From: Mytilus californianus
Lineage: Eukaryota
Direction of reading: 5' to 3'
Length of the DNA: 64,000 nt
NCBI RefSeq assembly: GCF_021869535.1
Contig: NW_026262712.1
Span: forward strand, 112,468,001-112,532,000
In this document: one piece after another, positions 37,884 through 49,879 of the stretch
Numbering within the stretch: the stretch's first letter is position 1
Layout of the letters: each line of letters begins with the position of its first letter
Translations under genes and position numbers: made by a program
The notes under the pieces: model-generated
Database searches by the model: none
What the model was told of the DNA's origin: nothing
The model's input: only the letters and a program-made list of their open reading frames with translations

Positions 37884-40800
37884 TTTTTTTGCATGAATCT
37901 CAAAAACTAAATTTTACATTAGTCCTAAGTAAAAATGGCTCTGTTAGTTTACAACACTCAAACCAAGCAACAGAGCTGAAATGATGTATATTGCTTTTAT
38001 AGAATTTCTTTTTTTATTTCTAACACATCGATATAATCTTACTATATTCAAAATAAAGTATTGACGTTATATGTATTTTAAAATTCATATATATATATAT
38101 ATATACTCACATTTCTATTCATCTCTTTGAACTGATATGCTAAGCCTCAATGATCACTACTTTAACGGTAGTGATTTGTTCTATTTCTTTACTGTATAAA
38201 ACGGTTATTAAAGGTATCCGTACTTTATCGTTGATCAAATATAAAAAAACATATAGAAAGCTACATTTCTAGGTTAAACACAAAAAAACTGGAGGAATTG
38301 CATACACTCTGAAAGTATCGTGGAGCGTTGACAGGGTAACCCTCTCCTGCTATATATTCATGACCGGCATATTTGCGGATGACATTGTATTTTAGTCGGT
38401 TACTCCATTCCCTGCATACATTAGTTTTTTTTAGGTTTCCATCACAAATCAAGTTCTCTCCTGTCAATCCCTCGGTACGATTTATTTGTTGTGCAAAAGA
38501 TAGGACAGACACTAAAAGGACATTCAAACTCATAAGTCGATAACAAACTTGCAATGCCATTGCAAAAAACAACCGAAAGACAAACAGCTGTACACAAAAC
38601 ACAACATAAAAAACTAAATGCAAAGCAAGATGAACAAGATCTCAATTAAGGTGGAGGGGAGGGGATGTTATCTCATGTGATACGCAAGGGTTATTGAATA
38701 GATCTGATTCATAGATTTCAACATTGATTGGTTACAGCTTCCTGTTTTTGTATATACAAGTGATCCCTGTCTTTTTTTTTTCTTCAACAGGTTTTGTCTC
38801 ATTTCCACAATTACATAGTTGTGACCAATACAATGCCATTAAACGATAACAAAACACACCGAGCGCTCAAACTTGGTTTTAAACAATATATATTCTATAA
38901 ATCAAATCATGATACGTATAAGATAATACATTATTTACAATTGGATCAAAAAACAATGGAACTTAATTACAGAGATTTATTATACCAAAAAGCCTTACTT
39001 GACAAATATTTACTAGGAGCAGGCACATAAACATGTATTTAGGCTTTTTTTAAATTTAAATCTCAACTGATTTTTCTATTCCGTGAAAAAAAGGCGGGAG
39101 AGACGAAAGGGATATTCAAACTCATAAATTGAAAACAACATGGCGATGTCATTTCAAAAATCCAAAAGATACAGTCTACGAAAAAACATAGAAAATTAAA
39201 AACTGAACAAAACAAACCCCACTAAAAACAGAGGGTGATCGCATGTGCTCCTTAAGGGTGAGCTAATCTTGCTGCACTTGCATTTGTCGTGTTACTCCTA
39301 TTATTGGCGTTACTAAGTTTTATCAAGTGATATATAAAACATCACGCAATAGCAGATAACTAATTGATTATAATGTAATCCTAAGATATCAGCATTTTCA
39401 TTAATGTATCGTTATCACTTGAAGTTCGTTGGCGTGATTTGTCGTTTATTATTATGTAAAACCGCCTCCTATATGAACTAACTATTTCAAAATGTTAGTC
39501 TGAACGTTGTATTGATATTTCTGGTGTTGTTTATATCGGACAGTTTCAATTAACAAAGTTCCTCTACTACCTTTACTGTTAAATGTTTATAGATGTGTTT
39601 GTACAAATACTAGTGTCACTGAACTGTCGTTTTATCTGTCAATACATGGTTCAAATTAACATGTTTTTATCTATAGTAGTCTGTATGAAACACTTTGTTT
39701 AAGTATACAGTATGATAACTTTGATATTGTTAAAGATAGAAAGATATTAATTTTAATGCACTGATAAACTTTAATATATGCAAACATTGGACATTTTTCT
39801 AGTATGAGGTACGACGTCAAGTGTATGTTAACATGCATGAATAACATTTTTACATCCATTCCTGATTTTTATACAATTATGTAAATTACACTAGTAGTTC
39901 ACTTTTATGTTTTACGTGTGATTTATTTTCTTTTATAAATTACAAAAGTAGCTTGTGCAAACTAAAATTAATTTATCAGAATATAATGTTATCTTACACA
40001 GATTCCAAAAATATATTGTTTGTGGTTCTTTCCTTTGAATAAGTGAGATGATCAGGTACTTCCGCTTTAAAACAGTCACTACATGTGTCATCTGAAAACG
40101 TACTTTCTTTCATTACAAATATATATATATGTGAAATAAGAAGAAAATTAGCTGTTCACTTTCGGTGTCATATGATAACTTTCATTACACTGCTCCGAAA
40201 ACAAAACATAGTTTCTTAATGTTATTGCTTACAATAAGGGAAATAATTTCTTACTTCCAGATTATATGAAATATTGATTTATACTGATGCTGAAGATATA
40301 ATGTAACTAGGTACTTTTACATGAAATAAGTATAGAAAAATTCAAGTAAACATTTACGAACGTTCTATTTTGCTTGCGTTTTTGAAGGTCATATGACATC
40401 CATTCTAATGCGAAGGATTATACGACCTGATCATGTAACAACATTAAGATATAGCAAAGGTCGAAATATAGAACGCAATTTTAAAATCCCAGGTTCATAT
40501 TATAAGAAGTATTCCTACCAAACACATTATTTTTAAAACTTCCAGTGAGAAATTAAACTTCTTGTAAATGTAACAAGAGCACTTCAACTCAAATGTATTT
40601 GCGTGTCGCAACTTAAAATTTACCTAAAACCGTATGTTGATTGCTTTTTACGGTTTTCTGATGAGTTGCTATAAAAAGATGAATTAAAAAATATGATAGA
40701 TTATTCATGAGTCAGGCGATATACTACCAAACAGATCATTTCAAATATTTTGGGGAGAAAACTTAAAAGTTACCAAAGCACTTCGACAGTTATGTATGAA

Positions 40801-42563
40801 GTTGTGAGATATCGTTAATAACCATTTGATATACAAAATCTTTTGTCAATAACTCTTATGGTTTCTGATGGTTAACGATAACATGCAAACTTCAAAATTA
40901 AAAAAGTAACATACACCTTTGACCTTGTTCTAGAATTTCTTTTGATCAAAAATGAACCCCAAGTCAGAAAACTTGGGCCTCTATTCATTTTGATAGATGA
41001 TCTACTTATATCTCTTATCATTAATACAGGAAAAAAGAAATAAAACACTCTCATACGGAGTCGCCAGATCGCTTTAGTCAAAATTAAACAGAACATTCTG
41101 AGAATATAACGAGAAATTTGGGAAATCAATTGTCAATTTTGTTTTTGGATGCGAACGAGTAATGAAAAACAGAGGACAGGGAGAAAATACAACTTGTTTG
41201 TTTACACAAGAGCAACTGCATAAGCATATTAATTGTTCAATATCATGTATTATGTGCCAAACATCTTTTCGATATCTGACAAAACAAAACTAAAAAACCT
41301 AAACATCTTGAAGTGACAGAGGAACGAAAATAGATTTAACGGAAAGATGGAATTAATTATGGTGCGAATACACATCCAAAATGTTCTTTCTCTAGTGTTA
41401 ATCGATTACTGTCATCATTTCTTAAAATCTTAAATGACGAGACAGAAGATCAAGATAAGTTTAAAAAAAGTGTTTGTATTATGCAACGTTCAAATAATAT
41501 ATTCGTTCAGATACTTAGTAGAAAACAAACGATACTGAATATTGCATGCAGTACAGACCATAACTTTCAAGTAATACAAGTTATCAGATAAATATAGAAA
41601 AAAGAAGATGTGGTATGATTGCCAATGAAATAATTCCCCCCACGAGACTAAATGATGTAGAAGTATGTAACTATAAGTCACCTTACAGCTTCAACAATGA
41701 TCAAACGGAATCCAACAAGGCAAGCTATAAAAGACCCTGAAACGACAATTGTAAAACAACTCAAATGCGAAAGCTATTTATGCACGAAACAATAAACAAA
41801 ACAATAACATGATAAAGATCAACAAACACCAACCACTGATTTACAGGCTCCTGAGTTAGTACATGCACATACAGAATAAGGAACTGTTAAACATGTTTTT
41901 TGGCGCCCAACCCTCCCCGTAACATACATGCATTTAACTAATACAATATGATTAAATATCAACATTACATGAATTTAACCAATAAAGAATTAAATAAGCA
42001 GTAGACATAATAGTACTTTATAATTCTTTAAAAAATTACATATCTATAGATATTCAAATGCTCATGAGTTCTTTTTTTGTTTTGTTTACGTTTGAAAGAT
42101 AAATTTGCGGAAACTATTCAGTAACCTTTGTTAAAACGTTGTCAATTTACCTGTATTGTGTGCAATATCTGATGGAATCCTTGTGTTTTAATAAAATAGT
42201 AATTAGGGGAAATACTAAAACATTTGGCGGAAAATTATAAGAATTAAGGTCAGATGACAGTAAATGGGTTATGCTACAGATTTTGGTTAATGTTGCATAC
42301 AACTTTGACTCGTTGAACTATTACCAAAAATCGAACAGTTAATGCATTTGTCTCTTATATGATTTGAATATTAATGATTGAACATTTGTATAGAAATCAC
42401 ATAAAATCGGCCAATACGTTCTTAAATGTTTCATAAAATCTGCAAACCTCCAGTTTCAAACTCATTGGTTTTTTTAATTACAAGACGTTGATACAACATT
42501 TCTGTAAATGATATTTAATAATAATGTTGTCACCGACTGTTGAAATCTCTATGGTGTTACTTG

Positions 42564-45061
42564 TTAATTATGAACTTGTCCATCTGTTAGCAACATCTTC
42601 AGTCGTCTCCAAGATTCATTTAAATCTCTTTGATCTTTCGGCCATTGTACAACATAGGCATAATTCCAAATGTACGAAAACTCCAAGGGAATATCGGTAA
42701 TTATAATATCTTTTGTTATAACAATAATTTTGTCTAGATTTTTTGTTACTGTCTCATATTTTGCTCTATCGAGTTCAAACAAGCAATCACGCGACGATTT
42801 GAACTCAGGTGTGATGAGGAAAATAATGTACCTACTGTTTTTGATACATTCGGCCTCAGTATCCAAAAGACTCTCACCAATTAAAAAATCTCGATCTTTT
42901 ATACACATGGTCAGTCCCCACTCGACCTCAAGTTTTGGTGCTAAGACATCTTTTATCCAAACGACTACCCCTCCTTCATTAGACATATACACGTCGTACT
43001 GGTATGTCTTTCGAACTTTTTGTTCAATACTACGCTGAATAACTCCATAGATAGAGAAGGCAATTTTCCATCTTTTACTATACAACAGAAGCAGTAACGA
43101 GATTGTAACACATGTAGATAACAATGTCGAAGCAAAGGTTAACCACATAGTACTCTTACAGTCCGCGAACAAGTGTGATAAGGAGTTGTAGGCAGTAAGT
43201 GTATCAGTAACGGTTCCATTTGATAATTGACATTTATAAGACCGACTGTCCAGATCAACTTTTGTAGTCTGTATCCATCGTATAAAGTCTAAATTATCGC
43301 AGTTGCAAATAAATGCATTGCCATCAAGGTACAAAGCCATTCCATGGATTTCATGCATTTTATCTGCCCAATTTCTAATGAGTGAATTTATACTTGTAAG
43401 GAGATTTTTCTAACATCAAGCACCTTTATGTTTGTTTGCGTATCCAGCTGTTCTGGAATAGATTGGAGAAAATTGTCAGTTAAATAAAGATTTGACAAAT
43501 TTGGCATTGGTTTAAAAATATCGTCCGAAAAATGCCAAATACTATTTTCAGATATATCCAGTGACTTGACTGATTGACATTTCATGAAAAACCTGTTTCC
43601 GTATGTGTCTATTCCATCATTAAGGGTAGCGTCTTTCAAAACTATTTTTTTTAGGTTGGTCTCTTGAAAACGATTTAATTCCTTCCAACCGAAACTTTAC
43701 CTCGTTCCAGCAGAAATAAATGTCTCTAATCGAAGTTCAATAAAAAGCATGGTCACAGTTGTATTTGTATAAGATATATCCAAATAAGTAAGATTATTGA
43801 TTTTAGGAACTATAAACAGTAAGGGTAATGTATTAACTATTGTGAAACTGATATCTAATTGTTCTAATGATGCTGGCAAGATTACGTGACTATCACCAGA
43901 ACTTTTAAAATCAGAATCTGAGGTCAATGAATTTTCAATGAAGAAGTTGACGACATTATATGAATAATCCAAAGTTTGCAATCGCAAAGCTTTTCTAAAA
44001 AAAGAGTTAATCTCTTCGTGATTTTTTATATAAGCTAGTAAAAGTCTGTTTCCTTTCAATGAAAGATGTTGTAAACATTCTGGTTGATCAAAGGAAAGTA
44101 AAGATCCATGTTTGTAATCAACTATTCCATTCTGTGATAAATCTAGATTTTCTATGCAAATGGATTTCAGATTTGTCATTATATCGGATGTAATTGTCAG
44201 AGCATACGGGAAGTCGTCGCTATCAATAGTTAGGTCACTCACATGGCCAAAATTAATTGTGGTCATATTTCTATAACGGTATGGATGTAAAAGTAGTAAA
44301 GCACGAGTGAGGTGCATAAACGTTCCAAAAAAATCCAGTACACGTAGATGTGGAAATGGACTCAAAGCGTCATCTTCTGTTTTCACAAATTTTAATCGAC
44401 AATTTCTGAGATAAAGCTCTTCTACAGATGATGAAAACGTCTGGAATGTTTCATTTGATAGACGTACCAAATAACAAGATTTAAAGTATAATTTCCGAAG
44501 TTTCTTCATTTCACTGAATCCGCTTCCGAAGTTTGGCACAGGCATCATATCAATTCCTAAGAAAGTCAATTCTCTCAGAACACCGAACGCATGATCGGGA
44601 TAGTTGAATTCCTTATCATAATTCTCAGGTTGAGGCATATTACTCCTGATATCCAATTTTGTTAAGTTTTGAATCGGAAAAAAAAGTTCGGCTAAATATG
44701 CATAAGATAAATCAAGCAAATTGTGAGACATATCAAGCACGGCAAGATTGTATAATCCCTGAAATGACTTATCAGATAAATATTTAAGTTGATTCGTTCT
44801 CAAATAAAGTTCCTGTAGATGTGGATAAATAATCAGCGAACTGTTTTCAATACTCTTTAACCGATTTGAAGATATATCTAGAACATTTATATCCCGAGGT
44901 AAATCTTCAGGAATAAACTGCAGTCCTCTGTTTTTACAATCAGCTATTTTGACTCCGAGTTTTCCATTAAATACATATTTAATATCACAATCTAATGATC
45001 GAGAGATTTCATCACACTGAATAACAATATAAATTACTGAGTAAATTAGAATCCGCACCAT
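42564..45061 (-). pseudogene. TLR: Toll-like receptor E, full-length chimeric copy with an in-frame stop and a frameshift
   Basis: ORF 43697..45061 (454 aa) ends at an in-frame TAA (AGTR*, where B reads AGTRY) and the frame continues (SFGWKELNRF..KDATLNDG). There is a 1-nt loss in an A-run near 43405 (DVRKISLQV* instead of DVRNNLL). ORF 42564..43358 encodes LRR-CT, TM and TIR. Confidence 0.88.
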
Positions 45062-45669
45062 TTTGTGACATGGATATCAAAAACAGGACTTTCACATGGT
45101 TTCTATAGTAACAATGACTTTGTAAGTCAACAACACTTTATATCTAGGACACAAAGGTCGACAAATGGAATTTTAACATCTTAAATTGGTTTCAATATAT
45201 AGGACGCATGTATTAATACTTTACTATTTTTAAGATATTATATTGATTTTAAACATGTCTACACGTCATGCAAGTTCTTGTTTTTACAAATTTATTTACC
45301 TTTTACTCTATCAATTGACCAAATATTTGAATTTTCTGTTATATTCAAAGAGAAACAACCGCGTACTTATTAAATGGGGACAGGATAATATTGTATTTTG
45401 AAGAAAAAATATGAAATTCCAGACACAAGAGAAAAAGCAAGTATTCGAAATAGTTAAATAAATTATCAGCCTTTTATTGGTCATGAAACAAGACAAAATA
45501 CATGGCATCTCCCTTTGTAAAATTGATGTAATAAATTACTTACAAGTGACTTTTAAATTTTGTACACCGTACCAATTCATTATTTCTTTCTTCATATACC
45601 ATCTCAATTATATTTTGTTATTGTGGACAGTAATTATAAAGTTTAATATGTAGTTAGTTACTGTACGGT

Positions 45670-45800
45670 TCTCTCTGCCGACCTCTCCTTCCTTTCATAG
45701 GATTTGAATTTCCTTCAGACACTTGTCAAAACAGGAAGAACAAAGAAGCAAGATCATTTAATTTCACATTCAGATATATTGATGATGTTCTTGCCATTAC
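45670..45800 (+). mobile_element. Short Penelope-like RT fragment abutting the truncated end of TLR E2
   Basis: atttaatttcacattcagatatattgatgatgttct encodes FNFTFRYIDDVL. Confidence 0.7.
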
Positions 45801-45812
45801 CAATCCGAACAA

Positions 45813-46690
45813 GATGTAATTGTCGTAACAAAAGTTAGGTCACTGCCATCAATACTGTCGTCAATAACATGACCAAAATTTACTGTGATTAGATTTGAAT
45901 AGCTGTACAGGTGTAATGAATGCAGTGCTCGTCTCAAATGCATAAACGTTGCATGAAAGTATATTACACGGAGATTTGGAAACGAAAGCAGAGAACCATC
46001 ATCCGTCCTTACGGCTTTTAGTCGACAATTTGTAAGACTAGACTAAGCTCCTGTAGAAAATATAAAAACGCTTGGAATATTGTATTAGACAAGCTTACTA
46101 AATAGCATGATTGGAAGTGTAATTTTGCAGGTTAGTAATATGACTGAATCCCCGTCCTACTTCTTGTACAGGCATCATATCAATTCATAAGAATGACAAT
46201 TCACTTAGAACACCAAATACATGGTCGGAATAAATAAAATCCTTATTAAAATCTATTGGTTGGGGCATATTACGTATGAGTCTTCTGATATCCGATTTTG
46301 TTAAGTTTTTTATTTGAAGAAATATAACCGTTGAATATACGTTTGATAAATCAAGCATATATGAGACATGTCAAGCTTAGCAAGATTATATAATCCTTTA
46401 AATGGATCACAAGATAGATCTTCAATTTGGTTTTTTTTCCAAAATCAGTTCTTGTAAGTACTTATAATTAACGAAAGAGTCATTTTAAATAGCTGTAAAT
46501 TGGTTTGAACTGAGATCTTGAACATTGATATCTCCCGGTAAATTCTGAGGTATAAAATTTGTTTTTACAATCAGCTAACTTAACTTCCTGGATTTTCCTA
46601 ATAACATATTTGTTATCAGAGTCTGATAAATGTAAGATTTTGTTACACTCAATAATTTTAAGAATGTAAACAATAAGTAAATAAATGATA
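45813..46690 (-). pseudogene. TLR fragment E2: degraded 5' part of a C/F-type gene
   Basis: DNA is colinear with C 25100-25975 and F 51520-52390 (e.g. ctccggtaaattctgaggtataaaa, ctattggttggggcatatta). It has frameshifts, and the start codon region is deleted so the sequence joins directly to upstream DNA homologous to C ~26390. Confidence 0.85.
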
Positions 46691-49600
46691 TGTAGTATGT
46701 CGTAATCTCTGTAGAAGTAACTACGTTGTAATCAGATAAGGACAGCGTGTGATACCCAAATATTTGGTACTGTTGTGATAGAATATAAGTTCCCACATAA
46801 TATGTGTTCTAAATAACTTTCATCATATAACAAAAGTTTCATTGGGAACTTTCCTAATATATTTTATCCAATGTTATAAGAAAATTTCCTTCACACAGGA
46901 AAACAAATTTACATAATGAAAGTTCCCAACAGAACTTTTGTTATATTCTAAAAGTTCTTTGTTCACACATTGTTGTCAATATAATGGAATTATATGCGAC
47001 AGCCATACAAGTGACATGGTTAGCTAGCTATAAAACCAGGTTTATCATATACTTAATAGTTAATACAGATAAATTGCATGTGTAATACGGTCAACGTGTT
47101 GTATCAGCTATCCGTGATGATCTCGATATCAGTCACGGTTGAAAAGGCTTTATCAAACCCCCTAATTTGTATGAAGTCATGTCAAACCTCTAATCTGTAT
47201 GTCGTCATTTAGAAAATGGTGGATTGAAACTGGTTTTATAGCGCTAAACCTCTCACTAGTAGGACAGTCGCATCAAATTCCATTATATTGACAACGATGC
47301 GTGAATAAAATAAACAGACATAAAAGGTAAAAATGTCAAAATAGGGGTACAGCAGTCAACACCGTGTCACAATCTTATAAACGACTTCAAGTACAAAAAG
47401 CATGCAACACCATGGCCAAGAAACTAAACGACGACAAGTCAAACAAGAATAGGAAATCAAAATTGATCCCACTCCCAAAAGGTGATTCGTTTTGTCGACA
47501 GTAATGAATTAACATGTAAACAAATGACAAGAATTTGACTGGCATACCGAAACTTTCAACAGTTAGACAGTATGACTTACACTATGATTTGGAATTTAGC
47601 TTGCATGACTTTAAATTCTGTCAATTTCTGTAATGTAAATTGGGCAGGCAGAACAACCATCTCGCAAAATATCGATAGGCTTCGTCGTGACAATTTAGAT
47701 GTCCTGATTGCACTAAGTTTGATCTGAACTAGCTGCCTATAAATTAGGATTTATTTAGGTGATGTAATCTTTCGGGAAAAGACTTTGTATGAAACAGTTA
47801 AAAAAGAGGCATCGGTTGATATGATCATGAAAATGAAAAAAAATTTCATGTGCATGTTCTAATTGCATCAATGGTCGTTAGTGACGATTTTTCCAAACGG
47901 ACCCGTGTATTTTTTTCTTTGTAAACCATTTTAAGCTCTAATGTATTATTTCTTTTTGTAATGCATTAGAATCGGAATACATGTATTACTACTGTAATCA
48001 AAGAGTTCTTACCGACAACTGGGATATGACGTCGGCAACGATCAAACGATGGTACTATTAATAATACTAAGTATTATTCATTAAATCCGATGAATTCGTT
48101 CTTTTCCCTTTTAGAGTATCTTGTATTTCTGATAATTTTTGCTGTTAATTTTCAAAACCTTATGTCGATAGATTTTGATGGTTTTCCGAGGAGTTGCGAT
48201 AACAAGATAACAAACAAAATTCGAAAATATGATAGATTATTTATGGTTTAGGAGATATAGGCCAAACAGATCATTTCAAATATTTAAGGTGGGAAAACTT
48301 CTATTAAAAGTTACCAAACTATTTCACCCCTTATATATGAAGCCGTGACATGTCGTAACTAACCATGTGATATGCAAATCTTTTGTCCATAACTCTTATT
48401 ATGATTTCTGATGGTTAACGACAGCAAGCAAACTTCAAAAATGATAAAATGTCCTTTATCATTGTCCTCGTTCTAGAATTCCTCTTGATGGAGAAGTTGA
48501 ACCATAAATCAGAAAATTTAAGTCTTACTTACGAATAAATCTATATATCCCTTATCTTAAATACAGAATACGCTCATACGGTGTCTCCAGATCGCTTTTG
48601 CCAAACTTAAACAGAACATTCTGAGGATATAACGAGCAATTTGAAGAATCAATTGTCGATTGTTTGTATGAATGCGAAGGAGTTCTGAAAAACAAAGTAC
48701 AGGGAGATAACGAGGAGATAACACTCACAGGAAAATAACTTGTTTGTCAACACAAGAGCAAATGCATAAGTATATTCATTGTTGAATATCTAATATTATG
48801 TGCAAAGCATCTTTTCGATATCTTGCAAAATAAAACTAAAAACCTCAACATCTTAAAGAGACGGAATAACGAAATTTATAATGATGGAATGATGGAATTG
48901 ATATCGCTTATGGTGCCAATATATAACTAAAATTGTCTATCTCTAGTGTTAATCAATTTTCTGCAAGTTTTAAACGACGAAAAAGAAGACCAAAGTATGG
49001 TTTCAGAAATCTGTATCTATTATACAACGTTCAAACATATTTGCGCAGATAGCTAATAGAAGACAGCGATAATAGCTTTTAGCTAATACAATTTATTAGG
49101 CTAAGCTAAATTTAGAAACTATACGGTAAAGTTTGGAAATATTAAGACCCATAATTTAGTCGAGAAAATGATTTAATAGTTTATATCAACGAACGAACGA
49201 ACTAACAGACTACAACAACTTACGGGCCACTGATCTTAAAAGGTCCGATTGATTTAAAATGCAACAGGATATTTGAAGTTTCGCTTTTTTGTTTAGCTAT
49301 CGCCCTAATCACCAAAGTACGTGTCATTATAATGAAATACATAGTATTCTAATAACTATACACATAATAATTAGAATAAGACAGGTTTAAGTTCTAACAT
49401 TGTTTAATTTTGTATAGAAATCGATGAAAATTCTCTAAATTATTGTTCTAGAACCAATTGCTTACTTCTGTGTTCCTGTTGTTCATTTGTTTCCCTCTTA
49501 TAGTTGATGTGTTTCCCTCGGTTTTAGTTTGTAACCCGGATTTGTATTCTCTCAATCGATTTAGGACTTTTGAACAGCTTTATACTACTTTTGCCTTTAT

Positions 49601-49879
49601 TTAAAACATAATCTTTAAAGAGAGATTTAAAACATTTAGAGAACAATTACTTTTATTATATGAAATAATACTGATTTCAGAATAAGTAAACATTTTCCTG
49701 GTTTATATGATGAGTTTATTTTCATAGATAGCACATTGAATTTCTGAAAAAAAGTTCAAAAATTTGTCATCAAATCATGAAATTCAAGATTTTTTTTAAT
49801 CGTACATGTATGTTGTTAATACATAAATTTCCGTTTTAATGATACAAAACAATCGTATGTTCACCGATCGTTAAAATCT

